A stretch of DNA of 64,000 nt from Candidatus Woesebacteria bacterium RIFCSPHIGHO2_02_FULL_42_20 (GTDB taxonomy: Bacteria; Patescibacteriota; Microgenomatia; UBA8517), in NCBI GenBank assembly GCA_001792535.1, contig MGGS01000013.1, positions 692 to 64,691 on the forward strand, written 5' to 3'. Positions within the stretch are counted from its first letter, which is position 1. Each line of letters opens with the position of its first letter. The translations under genes were made by a program, and so were the position numbers. Of this stretch, positions 28,531 to 38,767 are shown piece after piece. The notes below the pieces were generated by a model, which searched no databases, was not told the DNA's origin, and saw only the letters and a list, made by a program, of their open reading frames with translations.

Positions 28531-28569
28531 GCAGGGAGTACCTAAAGGTGCCTGCGGCACCTTTTTTTT
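28531..28569 (+). promoter_or_regulatory. Leader terminator/antiterminator upstream of rplC
   Basis: AAAGGTGCC-TGC-GGCACCTTT plus T-tract; competing GCAGG/CCTGC pairing. Confidence 0.6.
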
Positions 28570-28579
28570 GGTCAAATTT

Positions 28580-29218
28580 ATGATTAACACATTACTAGGA
28601 CAAAAACAACAAATGGATCAAGTATTTATTGAATGGGTCCGCTACCCGGTAACTTGGGTTGTGGCTGGGCCTTGTGTCGTTACTTATGTTAAAAAGGCTG
28701 ACCAAACCGATTACTGGTCCGTTCAACTTGGGTTTGGTGAAAAGCGGATTAAAAATACGACAAAACCAATGGAAGGACATCTCCGCGGGGTAATAAAAAA
28801 TAAGAAAGCCCCGCGTTTTTTGCGCGAAATAAAAGTGTTTGACGATCCCGGGCTTAAAGTCGGGGATGTGGTTTCTCTAAAGGACGTTTTTGAAGTCGGT
28901 AACGTCGTTGTAGTTACAGGCGTATCCAAAGGTAAAGGCTTTGCAGGAGTAGTTAAAAGGCATGGGTTTGCCGGCGGCCCCAAAACCCATGGGCAATCCG
29001 ACAGATGGAGGGCTCCCGGATCGATCGGTCAAGGTACGACTCCGGGTAGAGTTTATAAGGGTAAAAAAATGGCCGGACGAATGGGTAGCGAGAGAACGAC
29101 AGTAAAGGGTCTTAGGATAATGAAGATTGAAGAGGAGGCCGGTCGTATTGCAGTTCTTGGCGCCATTCCTGGTCGATATGGCAGCATGGTGACTATTACA
29201 AAAGGGGGTTTCAAATGA
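28580..29218 (+). CDS. rplC: 50S ribosomal protein L3
   Basis: SKGKGFAGVVKRHGF, THG and RAPGSIG motifs. Confidence 0.96.
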   Translation: MINTLLGQKQQMDQVFIEWVRYPVTWVVAGPCVVTYVKKADQTDYWSVQLGFGEKRIKNTTKPMEGHLRGVIKNKKAPRFLREIKVFDDPGLKVGDVVSLKDVFEVGNVVVVTGVSKGKGFAGVVKRHGFAGGPKTHGQSDRWRAPGSIGQGTTPGRVYKGKKMAGRMGSERTTVKGLRIMKIEEEAGRIAVLGAIPGRYGSMVTITKGGFK

Positions 29219-29826
29219 AGGCGACAGTGTTTAGTGACAAAGGCGTGAAAAGTAAAATGGTTGACTTACCCAAGGAATACACCGAGAAAGTGAGCCGGAG
29301 TCTTCTTTGGCAAGTGCTTCATGTTTATCGCGACAGATTTCATACAGGTAGCTCGAAAGTGAAGACCAGATCGGAAATTAATAGGACTAAAAAGAAATTG
29401 TATAGGCAAAAAGGTACCGGGGGGGCCAGGCATGGAGCTAAATCGGCCCCGATATTTGTGGGTGGAGGTGTGGCTCACGGACCAAAGGTTGCAAGGAGGC
29501 TACTCGATGCCCCGAAAGTTATGAAAAAAAAGGCACTAAACCTTTCAATCAAAATGAAAGGTAAGGAAAATGCCATTTTGGTAGTTTCCGGGGTTGACAA
29601 GTTCACAAAAACCAAGGAAGTTGGAGAGTTTTTAGGCAAGCTTGGGTTTGCAGGCAAGCGGATTATTTTTGCGGTTTCAGAGGAGAATTACAAAAGTTTT
29701 AACAAAGCAGCAAGGAATTTAAAAAATATTAAAGTGAAACCCTTTACCGGCCTAACTGCTTATGATGTTTTTTTTAGCGACAAGCTTGTTTTCGACCAAA
29801 CAGTTTTAAGCAAGGACAAAAAATGA
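29215..29826 (+). CDS. rplD: 50S ribosomal protein L4
   Basis: RQKGTGGARHG and GGGVAHGP motifs. Confidence 0.96.
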   Translation: MKATVFSDKGVKSKMVDLPKEYTEKVSRSLLWQVLHVYRDRFHTGSSKVKTRSEINRTKKKLYRQKGTGGARHGAKSAPIFVGGGVAHGPKVARRLLDAPKVMKKKALNLSIKMKGKENAILVVSGVDKFTKTKEVGEFLGKLGFAGKRIIFAVSEENYKSFNKAARNLKNIKVKPFTGLTAYDVFFSDKLVFDQTVLSKDKK

Positions 29827-30116
29827 AGATAACACCGATATTGTCTGAGAAGAGTTTGACGCTTGCCAAAGGTGGTAAGTATAGTTTTTGGGTAGATTCA
29901 AAATTTGGTAAGCACGCAATAAAAAAAATTATAGGCAAAACCTTTGGGGTAGACGTCAAGAGTGTAAAAACACTGAATTTCCAAAAACGGATCCGGAAAA
30001 ATTATCTTGGGAAGAAAATAACCAAAAGTGCGGCTAAAAAAGCAGTCATCGAAATAGGTGAAAAACAAGAAATAGACATCTTTAAGGAAAGTATTAAGGA
30101 GAGCAAAGGAAAATGA
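29823..30116 (+). CDS. rplW: 50S ribosomal protein L23
   Basis: PILSEKS and KKAVI motifs; operon position. Confidence 0.93.
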   Translation: MKITPILSEKSLTLAKGGKYSFWVDSKFGKHAIKKIIGKTFGVDVKSVKTLNFQKRIRKNYLGKKITKSAAKKAVIEIGEKQEIDIFKESIKESKGK

Positions 30117-30853
30117 AGCTAAGAAGGATATTACCCAAAAAATCAGGACGGGCTAAGGGAACAGTCACTGTGCGCCACCAGGGTGGTAGACAAAAGAGAT
30201 TTTTACGCGAAATAGATTGGAAGAGGGACAAAAGAGGCATCGTTGGCTATGTGGAAACTATCGAGTATGATCCGAATAGAAATGCCAATATTGCCGGAAT
30301 AGTTTATGAAGACGGTGAGCGTAGATTCATATTGGCACCTGATGGGCTGGGTTTGGCAGATAAAGTGGTATCTGGTCCAGATTCTCCAATGGAAATCGGC
30401 AATGCCCTGCCGCTTGCTAAAATACCGGTTGGGACTACAATTCACAATATTGAAATAATTCCGGGCAAGGGTGGCCAAATAGCAAGAAGCGCCGGAGTCT
30501 CTGCTCTGGTTCAGGGCAAAGAAGAATCATACGTATTGATTAAGCTCTCATCGGGGGAGGTAAAGAGATTTAGGCCAGACTCGTATGCGACACTGGGCCA
30601 GGTTGGAAACGTTGAAGCGAGAACGGTAAGGCTTGGCAAGGCGGGGAGAAAAAGAAGAATGGGAATACGCCCGACGGTAAGAGGGACGGCTCAAAATCCT
30701 AGATCCCATCCTCATGGTGGCGGTGAAGGTAGGAGCGGAGTTGGTATGAAATACCCGAAAACTCCGTGGGGCAAGCCGGCTGTGGGAAAAACCAGAAAGC
30801 CAAGAAAATATTCGGATAGACTTATTATAGAAAGGAAAAAGAGTAAACACTAA
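30113..30853 (+). CDS. rplB: 50S ribosomal protein L2
   Basis: EYDPNR and HPHGGGEGR motifs. Confidence 0.97.
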   Translation: MKLRRILPKKSGRAKGTVTVRHQGGRQKRFLREIDWKRDKRGIVGYVETIEYDPNRNANIAGIVYEDGERRFILAPDGLGLADKVVSGPDSPMEIGNALPLAKIPVGTTIHNIEIIPGKGGQIARSAGVSALVQGKEESYVLIKLSSGEVKRFRPDSYATLGQVGNVEARTVRLGKAGRKRRMGIRPTVRGTAQNPRSHPHGGGEGRSGVGMKYPKTPWGKPAVGKTRKPRKYSDRLIIERKKSKH

Positions 30854-31134
30854 TGTCAAGATCGTCTAAAAAGGGACCATTTGTAGACGCAAAGTTAATT
30901 AAAAAGCTTGGGCGCGGGCTTGGTATCAAGGCGAGTCCGATCAAAACATGGTCAAGGTCCAGTCAAATTCCGCCCGAGTTTGTTGGCAAATACTTTTCTG
31001 TCCACAATGGCAGGGTCTTTATAGGCGTTTTTGTGACCGAAGACATGGTTGGCCACAGGCTTGGCGAATTTGCGCCGACAAGAACATTTCGAGGCCACGG
31101 GCAAGTGGTGAAAAGAATTATTGAAAAGACTTGA
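30853..31134 (+). CDS. rpsS: 30S ribosomal protein S19
   Basis: [10 protein letters not shown] and [13 protein letters not shown] motifs. Confidence 0.97.
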   Translation: MSRSSKKGPFVDAKLIKKLGRGLGIKASPIKTWSRSSQIPPEFVGKYFSVHNGRVFIGVFVTEDMVGHRLGEFAPTRTFRGHGQVVKRIIEKT

Positions 31135-31141
31135 GAAAATT

Positions 31142-31528
31142 ATGGAAATAGTTGCAGTGCAAAAATTTATCAGAATGTCGCCTAAGAAATTGAGAATTGT
31201 GGCCGACAAGGTTAGAAAAATGAAGCCCCAGGCGGCTGTCGATATTTTGCCGTTTGTTGAAAAAAGTGCGGCAGAGCCTTTGATGAAAGTAATTAAGACA
31301 GCAATTGCTAATGCGAGAGTAAAAAATGTAAGCGAGGATTTGCTTAGGATAAAGGAAGTTCAAATTAACGAAGGGCCACGGCTTAAACGCGGCCGGCCGG
31401 TGTCGCGAGGAAGGTCGCACCCTTATAAACGACGGATGAGTCACATTCGTGTTGTCTTAACCACCAAATCGGTGCCAAAGGCCAAGAAAGTGAAAGGAGA
31501 CAAAGAGAAAAATGGGACAGAAAATTAA
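31142..31528 (+). CDS. rplV: 50S ribosomal protein L22
   Basis: RMSPKKLRIVAD, NEGPRLKR and SHI motifs. Confidence 0.95.
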   Translation: MEIVAVQKFIRMSPKKLRIVADKVRKMKPQAAVDILPFVEKSAAEPLMKVIKTAIANARVKNVSEDLLRIKEVQINEGPRLKRGRPVSRGRSHPYKRRMSHIRVVLTTKSVPKAKKVKGDKEKNGTEN

Positions 31529-32174
31529 TCCCATAGGTTTTAGAATTGGGTCGTATATTAATTGGAAATCAAGGTGGTTTTCGGAAGATAACAACTATAA
31601 AGATTACCTGGTTGAAGACATTTTGATCAGAAAAGTATTATCCGATAGACTTAAGCTTGCGGGCTTGACGGAGGTTGAAATTGAAAGGTTGCCAAAAAGC
31701 ATGACAGTGACTCTTAGCGTATCTAGGCCCGGTGTGGTTATAGGCCGGGGAGGAACGGGGATAGAAGACGTAAAAGGGTACATAATTGAGGCAATGAACA
31801 GCATGCGTGTTAAAGGTAAAAGGGTGGCTAAGTTGACCAAGATGGATATAGTAGTAAAAGAAGTAAAGAACCCTGAAATTAGTGCCCGGCTGGTAGCTCA
31901 GAGAATTGTCGGGGAACTGGAGAGAAGGTTTCCCCACAGAAGAGTAATAAATAAAGCCATGGAGAGGGTGATGGCCGCCGGTGCAAAAGGAGTAAAGGTG
32001 ACGTTGGGTGGCAGGATAGGTGGAGCAGACATCTCGAGGGTGGAAAAATATCATACAGGATCGGTTCCTACCCAGACTCTTCGGCAAAACATTGACTACT
32101 TTGAAACACCCGCGCTTCTCAAGAAAGGTTACGTTGGGGTGAAGGTCTGGATCCATAGAGGGGAAGAAAAATAA
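31512..32174 (+). CDS. rpsC: 30S ribosomal protein S3
   Basis: MGQKINPIGFR and RPGVVIGRGG motifs. Confidence 0.97.
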   Translation: MGQKINPIGFRIGSYINWKSRWFSEDNNYKDYLVEDILIRKVLSDRLKLAGLTEVEIERLPKSMTVTLSVSRPGVVIGRGGTGIEDVKGYIIEAMNSMRVKGKRVAKLTKMDIVVKEVKNPEISARLVAQRIVGELERRFPHRRVINKAMERVMAAGAKGVKVTLGGRIGGADISRVEKYHTGSVPTQTLRQNIDYFETPALLKKGYVGVKVWIHRGEEK

Positions 32175-32588
32175 ATGTTACAACCAAAACGAACAAAGTT
32201 TCGGAAAAGTTTTAGAGGCAGGCGCAAAGGCATAGCTGTTAGGGGCAGCAAATTATCCTTTGGTGAGTATGGCCTGAAATCGCTTGGGACTACGTGGATG
32301 TCTGCGGCGCAAATTGAAGCCGCAAGGCGTGCCGTAACGCATTATTTGAAAAGAAAGGGGCGGATGTGGATTCGGATTTTTCCGGATAAACCTGTTACTG
32401 CTCGGGCTGCGGGCCAGCGAATGGGTGGAGGCAAAGGAGACATTGACAGATATGTGGCGGTGATCAAACCGGGTAGGGTACTTTTTGAAGTTGCCGGGGT
32501 GCCGGAAGAGGTAGCACGAGAAGCGTTCAATAGAGCTGCGGTAAAGTTACCCGTTAAAACAAAGTTAGTCAGAAAGGAAAAGCAATGA
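32175..32588 (+). CDS. rplP: 50S ribosomal protein L16
   Basis: [11 protein letters not shown] and RMGGGKG motifs. Confidence 0.97.
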   Translation: MLQPKRTKFRKSFRGRRKGIAVRGSKLSFGEYGLKSLGTTWMSAAQIEAARRAVTHYLKRKGRMWIRIFPDKPVTARAAGQRMGGGKGDIDRYVAVIKPGRVLFEVAGVPEEVAREAFNRAAVKLPVKTKLVRKEKQ

Positions 32589-32803
32589 AAAGTAAGGACT
32601 TGGATGGAGCACGAAGAAAGTCACTGAAAGAACTTGAAGAAATGGTAATCAAACTTGAAGGCGATAAAATTAAGGAAATTAGCAATAAAATGTCAGCCAA
32701 GAGCAAAAATTTAAAGGTGGCCAGAAACTTAAGAAAAGAAATAGCACAAATAAAAACTTTGATTAGGGAAAAACAAATAATCGAGACATTGACCAAAAAA
32801 TAA
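32585..32803 (+). CDS. rpmC: 50S ribosomal protein L29
   Basis: RKEIAQIKT motif; operon position. Confidence 0.88.
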   Translation: MKSKDLDGARRKSLKELEEMVIKLEGDKIKEISNKMSAKSKNLKVARNLRKEIAQIKTLIREKQIIETLTKK

Positions 32804-32805
32804 TC

Positions 32806-33105
32806 ATGAAAATATTCACAGGGAAAGTGATTTCTAAAAGGATGCAAAAAACGGCAACCGTGTTGGTGGAAAGAAAGGTTTCGCACCCTGTTTATTTGAA
32901 GCTCATGAAAAGGACAAGGAAGTATCATGTGCATGATGAAGTAGACGTGAAAGTGGGCGACGCTGTCAGATTTGTTGCTACAAAGCCTGTCAGTAAACTG
33001 AAAAAATGGAAAATTATCGGGGTTGTTGGCGGTTTGTCGGTAAAATCTCCGGTAAAGGAGGGGAAGAAGCGAAGCAGTATTACAAAAAAGAAAGGCGATA
33101 AATGA
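32806..33105 (+). CDS. rpsQ: 30S ribosomal protein S17
   Basis: GKVISKRMQKT, HPVY and KPVSKLKKW motifs. Confidence 0.95.
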   Translation: MKIFTGKVISKRMQKTATVLVERKVSHPVYLKLMKRTRKYHVHDEVDVKVGDAVRFVATKPVSKLKKWKIIGVVGGLSVKSPVKEGKKRSSITKKKGDK

Positions 33106-33467
33106 TTCAATTTCGAAGTGTGATTAATCCGGCTGATAATTCGGGAGCCAAAAAATTAATGGTAATTGGAATTTCGCCGAAAATTGGCAAGAAAGCAAGT
33201 GTTGGAGACGTCGTGAAATGTGTAGTCAAAGGTGCAGACCCGAATGGAAATGTTGTAGACGGAGAGATGGTGTCGGTTGTAATAGTTCGGACGAAAAAAG
33301 AAGTCGGAAGGGCGGATGGTACTTATACTCGTTTTGACGATAATGCCGGAGTGGTAATCGATAAACAAGGGTTGCCCAAAGGGACTAGGGTTTTAGGTCC
33401 AATTGCAAAAGAAGTTAAAGAAACCGGATACACAAAAATTGCGTCACTGGCCAGGGAGGTTGTATAA
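33102..33467 (+). CDS. rplN: 50S ribosomal protein L14
   Basis: ADNSGAK, RFDDNA and IASLAREV motifs. Confidence 0.97.
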   Translation: MIQFRSVINPADNSGAKKLMVIGISPKIGKKASVGDVVKCVVKGADPNGNVVDGEMVSVVIVRTKKEVGRADGTYTRFDDNAGVVIDKQGLPKGTRVLGPIAKEVKETGYTKIASLAREVV

Positions 33468-33812
33468 ATGCTAAAAATTAAAAAAGGTGACACTGTCAAG
33501 GTGGTAGCGGGAAAAGATAAAGGTAAAGACGGGGTTGTCGAAAGGGTTTTTGCCGACAAGTTCGATTTGCTGGTGCCTAACTTAAATTTGTACAAAAAGC
33601 ATGTCAAGGCAGCCGTGGCGCCGGACAAAAAAGGCGGGATATATGAAATTCCAAAACCTCTTTCGATTGCCAACGTTGCTTTAGTTTGCCCCCACTGTAA
33701 AAAAATAGCCCGGGTGGGTTTTAAAGTCTTGGCAACGGGTGAGAAACAGAGATTTTGCAAGAAATGCAATCGGGCAATTGACACGAAATCAAAGAAGGAC
33801 AAAGGGGGCTAA
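33468..33812 (+). CDS. rplX: 50S ribosomal protein L24
   Basis: KOW motif KKGDTVKVVAGKDKGK. Confidence 0.96.
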   Translation: MLKIKKGDTVKVVAGKDKGKDGVVERVFADKFDLLVPNLNLYKKHVKAAVAPDKKGGIYEIPKPLSIANVALVCPHCKKIARVGFKVLATGEKQRFCKKCNRAIDTKSKKDKGG

Positions 33813-33815
33813 AAA

Positions 33816-34361
33816 ATGAAATCGCAACTTAGGAAAGACTATATTAGTAAAGTTAGGCCACAGCTAAGGGAGGAATTTGGGCTTACAAGCGTGATGGCTG
33901 TGCCGGGTATTACAAAAGTCGTAGTTAATTCTGGCGTTGGTTTTACCCTTAAGAACAAAGATTTACTGGCAAAGGTGAAAAAAGACATTGCGGCAATTAC
34001 CGGCCAGCAGCCTGCAACTCGAAAAGCTAGGATTTCCGTGGCAGGCTTCGACATAAGAGCTGGTATGCCTGTTGGCATTCAGGTTACTTTAAGAGGAGAC
34101 GCTGCCTACAACTTTTTGGCGAAGTTGTTTAATATTGTCCTTCCCAGGCTTAGAGACTTTAGGGGGATTAAAAAAAATGGGTTTGACCAAAATGGGAATT
34201 ATACTTTGGGAATCGGAGAGCACACCGTTTTTCCGGAAATCGATCTTTCCAAAGTAGAAAAGCCATTTGGAATGGAAATAACAATTGTCACTAGTACGAA
34301 CGACAAAAAACTGGCAATGAAACTGCTTGACTTATTAGGTGCACCATTTGAAAAGGAATAA
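33816..34361 (+). CDS. rplE: 50S ribosomal protein L5
   Basis: LPRLRDFRG and FDQNGNYTLG motifs. Confidence 0.97.
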   Translation: MKSQLRKDYISKVRPQLREEFGLTSVMAVPGITKVVVNSGVGFTLKNKDLLAKVKKDIAAITGQQPATRKARISVAGFDIRAGMPVGIQVTLRGDAAYNFLAKLFNIVLPRLRDFRGIKKNGFDQNGNYTLGIGEHTVFPEIDLSKVEKPFGMEITIVTSTNDKKLAMKLLDLLGAPFEKE

Positions 34362-34364
34362 ATT

Positions 34365-34550
34365 ATGGCAAAGACATCTAAAGAAGTTAGAGAGTACAAG
34401 AAATTGAAATACCAAGTTAGGTACAGAAATAGGTGCCGGCTTTGTGGAAGATCGAGGGGATTTATGAGAAAATTCGGACTTTGTAGACTTTGTTTCCGGA
34501 AACACGCGCATTTGGGCGAAATTCCGGGAGTTAGGAAGGCTAGTTGGTGA
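34365..34550 (+). CDS. rpsN: 30S ribosomal protein S14 (zinc-binding type)
   Basis: RCRLCGR...LCRLCFR and GVRKASW motifs. Confidence 0.96.
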   Translation: MAKTSKEVREYKKLKYQVRYRNRCRLCGRSRGFMRKFGLCRLCFRKHAHLGEIPGVRKASW

Positions 34551-34553
34551 CTT

Positions 34554-34937
34554 ATGGCTTATTCAAATTATTACATTGGCGACGCCCTTATCAGGATTAA
34601 AAACGCCTGTATGGCAAAGCAAACTGAAGTTGTTGTTCCAAACACAAAAATTGTAAGAGCCGTTATGGAGGTACTCAAGCGGGAAAAGTTTGTGGAAAGT
34701 GTGAATTCTAGGGAAGGTGGTCTTGAGGTGAAGTTGAAAACTAAAAAAGGACAGAGTTTGGTGACCGACATAAAGTTGATGTCAAAGCCGGGCAGAAGGC
34801 TGTATTTGACCAGAGCGCAAATAAAAGCAAAAAAGGGTTTTGCAACTTTAATACTCTCGACAAGTAAGGGAGTGAAATCGGGAAAAGAGGCACTGAAGGA
34901 AAACCAGGGTGGAGAGCTGATTGCGGAGGTAAGCTAA
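34554..34937 (+). CDS. rpsH: 30S ribosomal protein S8
   Basis: DALIRIKNA, SKPGRRLY and GGEL motifs. Confidence 0.96.
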   Translation: MAYSNYYIGDALIRIKNACMAKQTEVVVPNTKIVRAVMEVLKREKFVESVNSREGGLEVKLKTKKGQSLVTDIKLMSKPGRRLYLTRAQIKAKKGFATLILSTSKGVKSGKEALKENQGGELIAEVS

Positions 34938-34938
34938 T

Positions 34939-35487
34939 ATGGCAAGATTTGGCAAATTACCGGTAAATATCCCAAAAGAGGTGAAAATTGAAGTAACGGG
35001 CGGCGTTATGAAGATAGAAGGACCTAAAGGTGCTTTGGAGAGAAAATTACCTGATAGAGTTAGTGTCAAACAAGAAGGCACTGTGCTGTTTGTTCTAAGC
35101 CGTGGTCGTGACAAACAAAGTTTGGCCAATCAGGGAACGACCAGGTCTCACATAATGAATATGATCACCGGAGTGACGCAAGGCTGGAAAAAAACTTTGG
35201 AGTTAGTCGGTTCCGGTTACAGAGCCGAAGTCCAAGGGAAGGACTTGATACTTACGGTAGGCTACTCGCACCCAGTGAAAGTTAGCGCGCCTGGTACTGT
35301 AAGTTTTTCGGTAGAGAAAAACGTAATAAACGTTGAAGGAATTGACTTGGAGGTAGTATGCCAGTTGGCTGCCAATGTCAGGCGAGTTCGTGAACCGGAG
35401 CCGTATAAAGGGAAAGGAATTAAATACATCGACGAAATCGTCCGAAGAAAGGCGGGTAAAGCTGCTGCAAAGGCAGTAGTAGCATAA
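34939..35487 (+). CDS. rplF: 50S ribosomal protein L6
   Basis: PEPYKGKGIKY motif. Confidence 0.97.
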   Translation: MARFGKLPVNIPKEVKIEVTGGVMKIEGPKGALERKLPDRVSVKQEGTVLFVLSRGRDKQSLANQGTTRSHIMNMITGVTQGWKKTLELVGSGYRAEVQGKDLILTVGYSHPVKVSAPGTVSFSVEKNVINVEGIDLEVVCQLAANVRRVREPEPYKGKGIKYIDEIVRRKAGKAAAKAVVA

Positions 35488-35492
35488 AAGCT

Positions 35493-35840
35493 ATGAATAA
35501 AAGAGAAAACAGAATTAAAAGGAAAAGAAGGGTCAGGTCTAAAATTTTTGGTACTAAAGAAAGACCTCGAATTTCGGTGTTCAGGTCTTCAAAACACATT
35601 TATGCGCAATTGGTTAATGACGATAAAGGAGAAACGCTCGCCTTCGCTTCCAGCAAAGGATTTAAAATCGAGCAGACAAAGGGCAAACTTGGGATAGCTG
35701 TTATGGTTGGGGAAAAGCTTGCCGGTCTTGCAAAATTAAAAAAGGTTACAATGGCCGTTTTTGATAAGGGCGGATACAAATTTCATGGCCGGGTTAAAGC
35801 TTTGGCTGAAGGAGCCAGACGAGGCGGATTAAAGTTTTAA
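35493..35840 (+). CDS. rplR: 50S ribosomal protein L18
   Basis: RPRISVFRS and FHGRVKALAEGAR motifs. Confidence 0.97.
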   Translation: MNKRENRIKRKRRVRSKIFGTKERPRISVFRSSKHIYAQLVNDDKGETLAFASSKGFKIEQTKGKLGIAVMVGEKLAGLAKLKKVTMAVFDKGGYKFHGRVKALAEGARRGGLKF

Positions 35841-35843
35841 GCT

Positions 35844-36308
35844 ATGCAAAATTTTGAGAGAAATAAAGAGTATCAGGAGTCCGTAGTTCAAATAAACAGG
35901 ATTTCTAAAAAAACAAAAGGGGGTAACCAAATGAGATTCTCTGCCTTGGTAGTTGTGGGTGATAAAAAAGGCAGGGTTGGAGCAGGCCTTTCTAAAGCGA
36001 AAGATGTCCGAAATGCCATTACAAAGGCCATAAGTTTTGCAAAGAAGCGGATGTTTGAAGTACCCCTGAACGGTACAACTATCCCATTCGCTGTTACTCA
36101 TAAATATAGCGCGGCGAAAATATTGTTGAAACCTGCTCCCCCGGGTTCAGGGATAATTGCAGGAGGGCCGATGCGGTTGGTACTGGATGCCGCAGGAGTG
36201 CGGGATGTTGTAGGCAAAATTTTAGGGACAAAAAATAAAATATCAAATGTTTATGCAACATTGGAAGCTCTGAAGAAATTGAGCGATTTGCAGGAAAGGA
36301 GAAGCTAA
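35844..36308 (+). CDS. rpsE: 30S ribosomal protein S5
   Basis: KKTKGG and PGSGIIAGG motifs. Confidence 0.97.
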   Translation: MQNFERNKEYQESVVQINRISKKTKGGNQMRFSALVVVGDKKGRVGAGLSKAKDVRNAITKAISFAKKRMFEVPLNGTTIPFAVTHKYSAAKILLKPAPPGSGIIAGGPMRLVLDAAGVRDVVGKILGTKNKISNVYATLEALKKLSDLQERRS

Positions 36309-36312
36309 AACT

Positions 36313-36750
36313 ATGGCAATGGTTGGAAAAGTAAATGCCAAAAAAAGAAAGAGGGTCGGGCGCGGCTATGGTTCGGGCCGTGGTGGGCATACGGCAGGAC
36401 GTGGCCAAAAAGGCCAAAAAAGTAGGAGAAAAATCGGCGTAATATTTGAGGGCGTCAAAATTAAGAAGTCCCTTTTAATTAGGCTTCCGGTCAGGCGTGG
36501 TAAAGAAAAATTAAAGCCTTCAAGCAAGCCTTTGATAGTTAATCTTAAGTACCTTGAAATTCTCCCTTCGGGAACGTTGGTGAATATTGAAAATTTGGTC
36601 AAATATAAAGTTGTTGATTCCCGGGATGCAAAAAGATTTGGATTGAAAATATTAGGCGACGGAAAACTTACTAAAAAACTTGAAATTGCATTGCCGATTT
36701 CAAAGTCTGCCATGGAAAAAGTTAAAAAGGTCGGAGGAAGCATCAGTTAA
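36313..36750 (+). CDS. rplO: 50S ribosomal protein L15
   Basis: [19 protein letters not shown] and KILGDG motifs. Confidence 0.96.
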   Translation: MAMVGKVNAKKRKRVGRGYGSGRGGHTAGRGQKGQKSRRKIGVIFEGVKIKKSLLIRLPVRRGKEKLKPSSKPLIVNLKYLEILPSGTLVNIENLVKYKVVDSRDAKRFGLKILGDGKLTKKLEIALPISKSAMEKVKKVGGSIS

Positions 36751-38057
36751 TGATCAACCAAATTGTGGAATTTTTTTCACGCCTGCTGCGCTCGCGTGAA
36801 ATACGGCGCAAATTGCTTATAACAGCAGCAATTTTGGTGGTTTACCGTTTTGCGGCTCATATCCCGGCGGCCGGAGTGGACAGGTCTTCGCTTCAGAGAT
36901 TGTTTACAGGAAGCCCGCTGCTTTCACTTTTGGATGTATTCTCGGGCGGAACTTTGGCAAATTTCTCGATAATGGCGCTGGCACTTACCCCCTACATTAA
37001 CGCTTCGATTATATTGCAACTTTTGACAATGGTTGTTCCCCGCTTGGAGGAACTTTCAAAGGAAGGTGAATATGGTCAGGAAAAAATAAATCAATATACG
37101 AGATTTTTAATGGTGCCACTGGCTGCGATGCAATCTTTTGGCATGTACACGCTTTTGACTGGCCAAGGTGTCATAGACAGGCTGGAAACACTTCCATTGA
37201 TAGCAATGCTGGTTACCATGACGGCGGGGAGCGTTTTTTCGGTATGGCTTGGCGAACTCATCACAGAGTACGGTATCGGAAACGGAATATCGTTTTTAAT
37301 TTTTGCGGGGATTGTGGCGAGGCTGCCGGTTACCGTGGCGCAATCGGTTACGACCGTCCAAAGCAGCGACTTGCTGCGTATATCTGTGTTTTTGATCTTG
37401 GCGTTTGTAATAATTGCATTAATTGTTTTTGTGAATGAAGCCAAACGAAATATTCCAATTACTTATGCCAGGCGGTCTGTCCGTGGACTTGCTTCAAACA
37501 CCTCAATTCTTCCATTAAAGCTTAACCAGGCTGGTGTCATTCCCATAATCTTTGCCGTATCACTAGTGTTTTTACCATCAATGGTCGCCCAATTTCTTTC
37601 AAGCGGGAATGTCAGCGATCAGATTTATCAAATTAGTGTAAAAATTACCCAACTGTTTAACCCTAATTCTTTTGTCTACAATGGAACTTATTTCGCTCTG
37701 GTTTTTGGCTTTACTTACTTTTATACCTCTGTGGTTTTTAACCCTGAGAAAATTGCCGAAAATCTTCAAAAGAATGGTGGTTTCATTTCGGGGATTAGGC
37801 CCGGCGGGGCAACGAAAAATTATCTGTCTTACGTAATTACGCGCATAACTTTGGTGGGGGCTTTGTTTTTGGGCCTTATAGCCATTTTGCCGTCGCTGAT
37901 ACAAAACTCTATAGGGATTTCAAATCTCGCCATCGGGGGTACCGGCGTGCTGATAGTTGTTTCGGTTATCTTGGAGATGACCAGCGAGCTTGAGGGGCAG
38001 CTTGTAATGAAGAAGTACGAGAGCTTTATAGCAGTTTCGAGAAAACCCAGAGCGTAA
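36750..38057 (+). CDS. secY: Preprotein translocase subunit SecY
   Basis: [20 protein letters not shown] and GGTG motifs. Confidence 0.97.
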   Translation: MINQIVEFFSRLLRSREIRRKLLITAAILVVYRFAAHIPAAGVDRSSLQRLFTGSPLLSLLDVFSGGTLANFSIMALALTPYINASIILQLLTMVVPRLEELSKEGEYGQEKINQYTRFLMVPLAAMQSFGMYTLLTGQGVIDRLETLPLIAMLVTMTAGSVFSVWLGELITEYGIGNGISFLIFAGIVARLPVTVAQSVTTVQSSDLLRISVFLILAFVIIALIVFVNEAKRNIPITYARRSVRGLASNTSILPLKLNQAGVIPIIFAVSLVFLPSMVAQFLSSGNVSDQIYQISVKITQLFNPNSFVYNGTYFALVFGFTYFYTSVVFNPEKIAENLQKNGGFISGIRPGGATKNYLSYVITRITLVGALFLGLIAILPSLIQNSIGISNLAIGGTGVLIVVSVILEMTSELEGQLVMKKYESFIAVSRKPRA

Positions 38058-38137
38058 GCTCGGGGATGAATCGAACCTGATATGTCATCCTTTTTTAGAA
38101 AAGGAAACTCCGCTCGTAAGAGCGGAGAGGATGTCAT
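38032..38137 (+). mobile_element. IS200/IS605-end-like palindromic element
   Basis: Two GTAA-loop hairpins: GAGC-GTAA-GCTC-GGGGATGAA and CTCCGCTC-GTAA-GAGCGGAG-AGGATGTCA, resembling IS605-group ends. Confidence 0.5.
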
Positions 38138-38146
38138 TAAATAAAC

Positions 38147-38767
38147 ATGATTGTAGTTATACTTGGCCCTCAGGGGTCGGGAAAAGGAACACAGGCGAGG
38201 TTAATTGCCGAAAAACTCGGGTTTTTTTACTTTGGTATGGGAGATTTGGTAAGAAGGTTGGCAGATACCGATCCTGCTTTGTCCAGAGAATTGGCAAAAG
38301 GAGATTTAATGCCAGATTCGGAAGGATTTGAGTATGTCAAAAGATATCTGGAAAACAACAATTCCTTTGACAATATAGTTTTTGACGGCTTTCCGCGCTC
38401 AGTAGTTCAATATGAACTTTTGAAAAATTGGCTAAAAGAGAAGGGTTCGTCTATAGACTTTGCGGTTCTCATCAGTATCACTGAGAACGAGTCCATAAAG
38501 CGATTAACCAACAGAAGAAAAGATCCTAAAACCGGGGAAATTTACAATCTGGTTACCAATCCTCCTCCTGACAATGTGGACAGAAGTTCTCTGGTGCAGC
38601 GAGAAGATGATAACCCCGAAGCAATTAAAAAAAGATTGGAATTATATAAAAAAGTGACACTCCCTTTAATAGAGCAATTCAGGGAAGACGGAATTCTAAT
38701 CGAGATTGACGGTGAGCAGCCTATTGATGTGATATTTGATAACATTTCCAGTAAATTATCAAAATGA
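38147..38767 (+). CDS. adk: Adenylate kinase
   Basis: GPQGSGKGTQA, DGFPR and QREDD motifs. Confidence 0.95.
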   Translation: MIVVILGPQGSGKGTQARLIAEKLGFFYFGMGDLVRRLADTDPALSRELAKGDLMPDSEGFEYVKRYLENNNSFDNIVFDGFPRSVVQYELLKNWLKEKGSSIDFAVLISITENESIKRLTNRRKDPKTGEIYNLVTNPPPDNVDRSSLVQREDDNPEAIKKRLELYKKVTLPLIEQFREDGILIEIDGEQPIDVIFDNISSKLSK

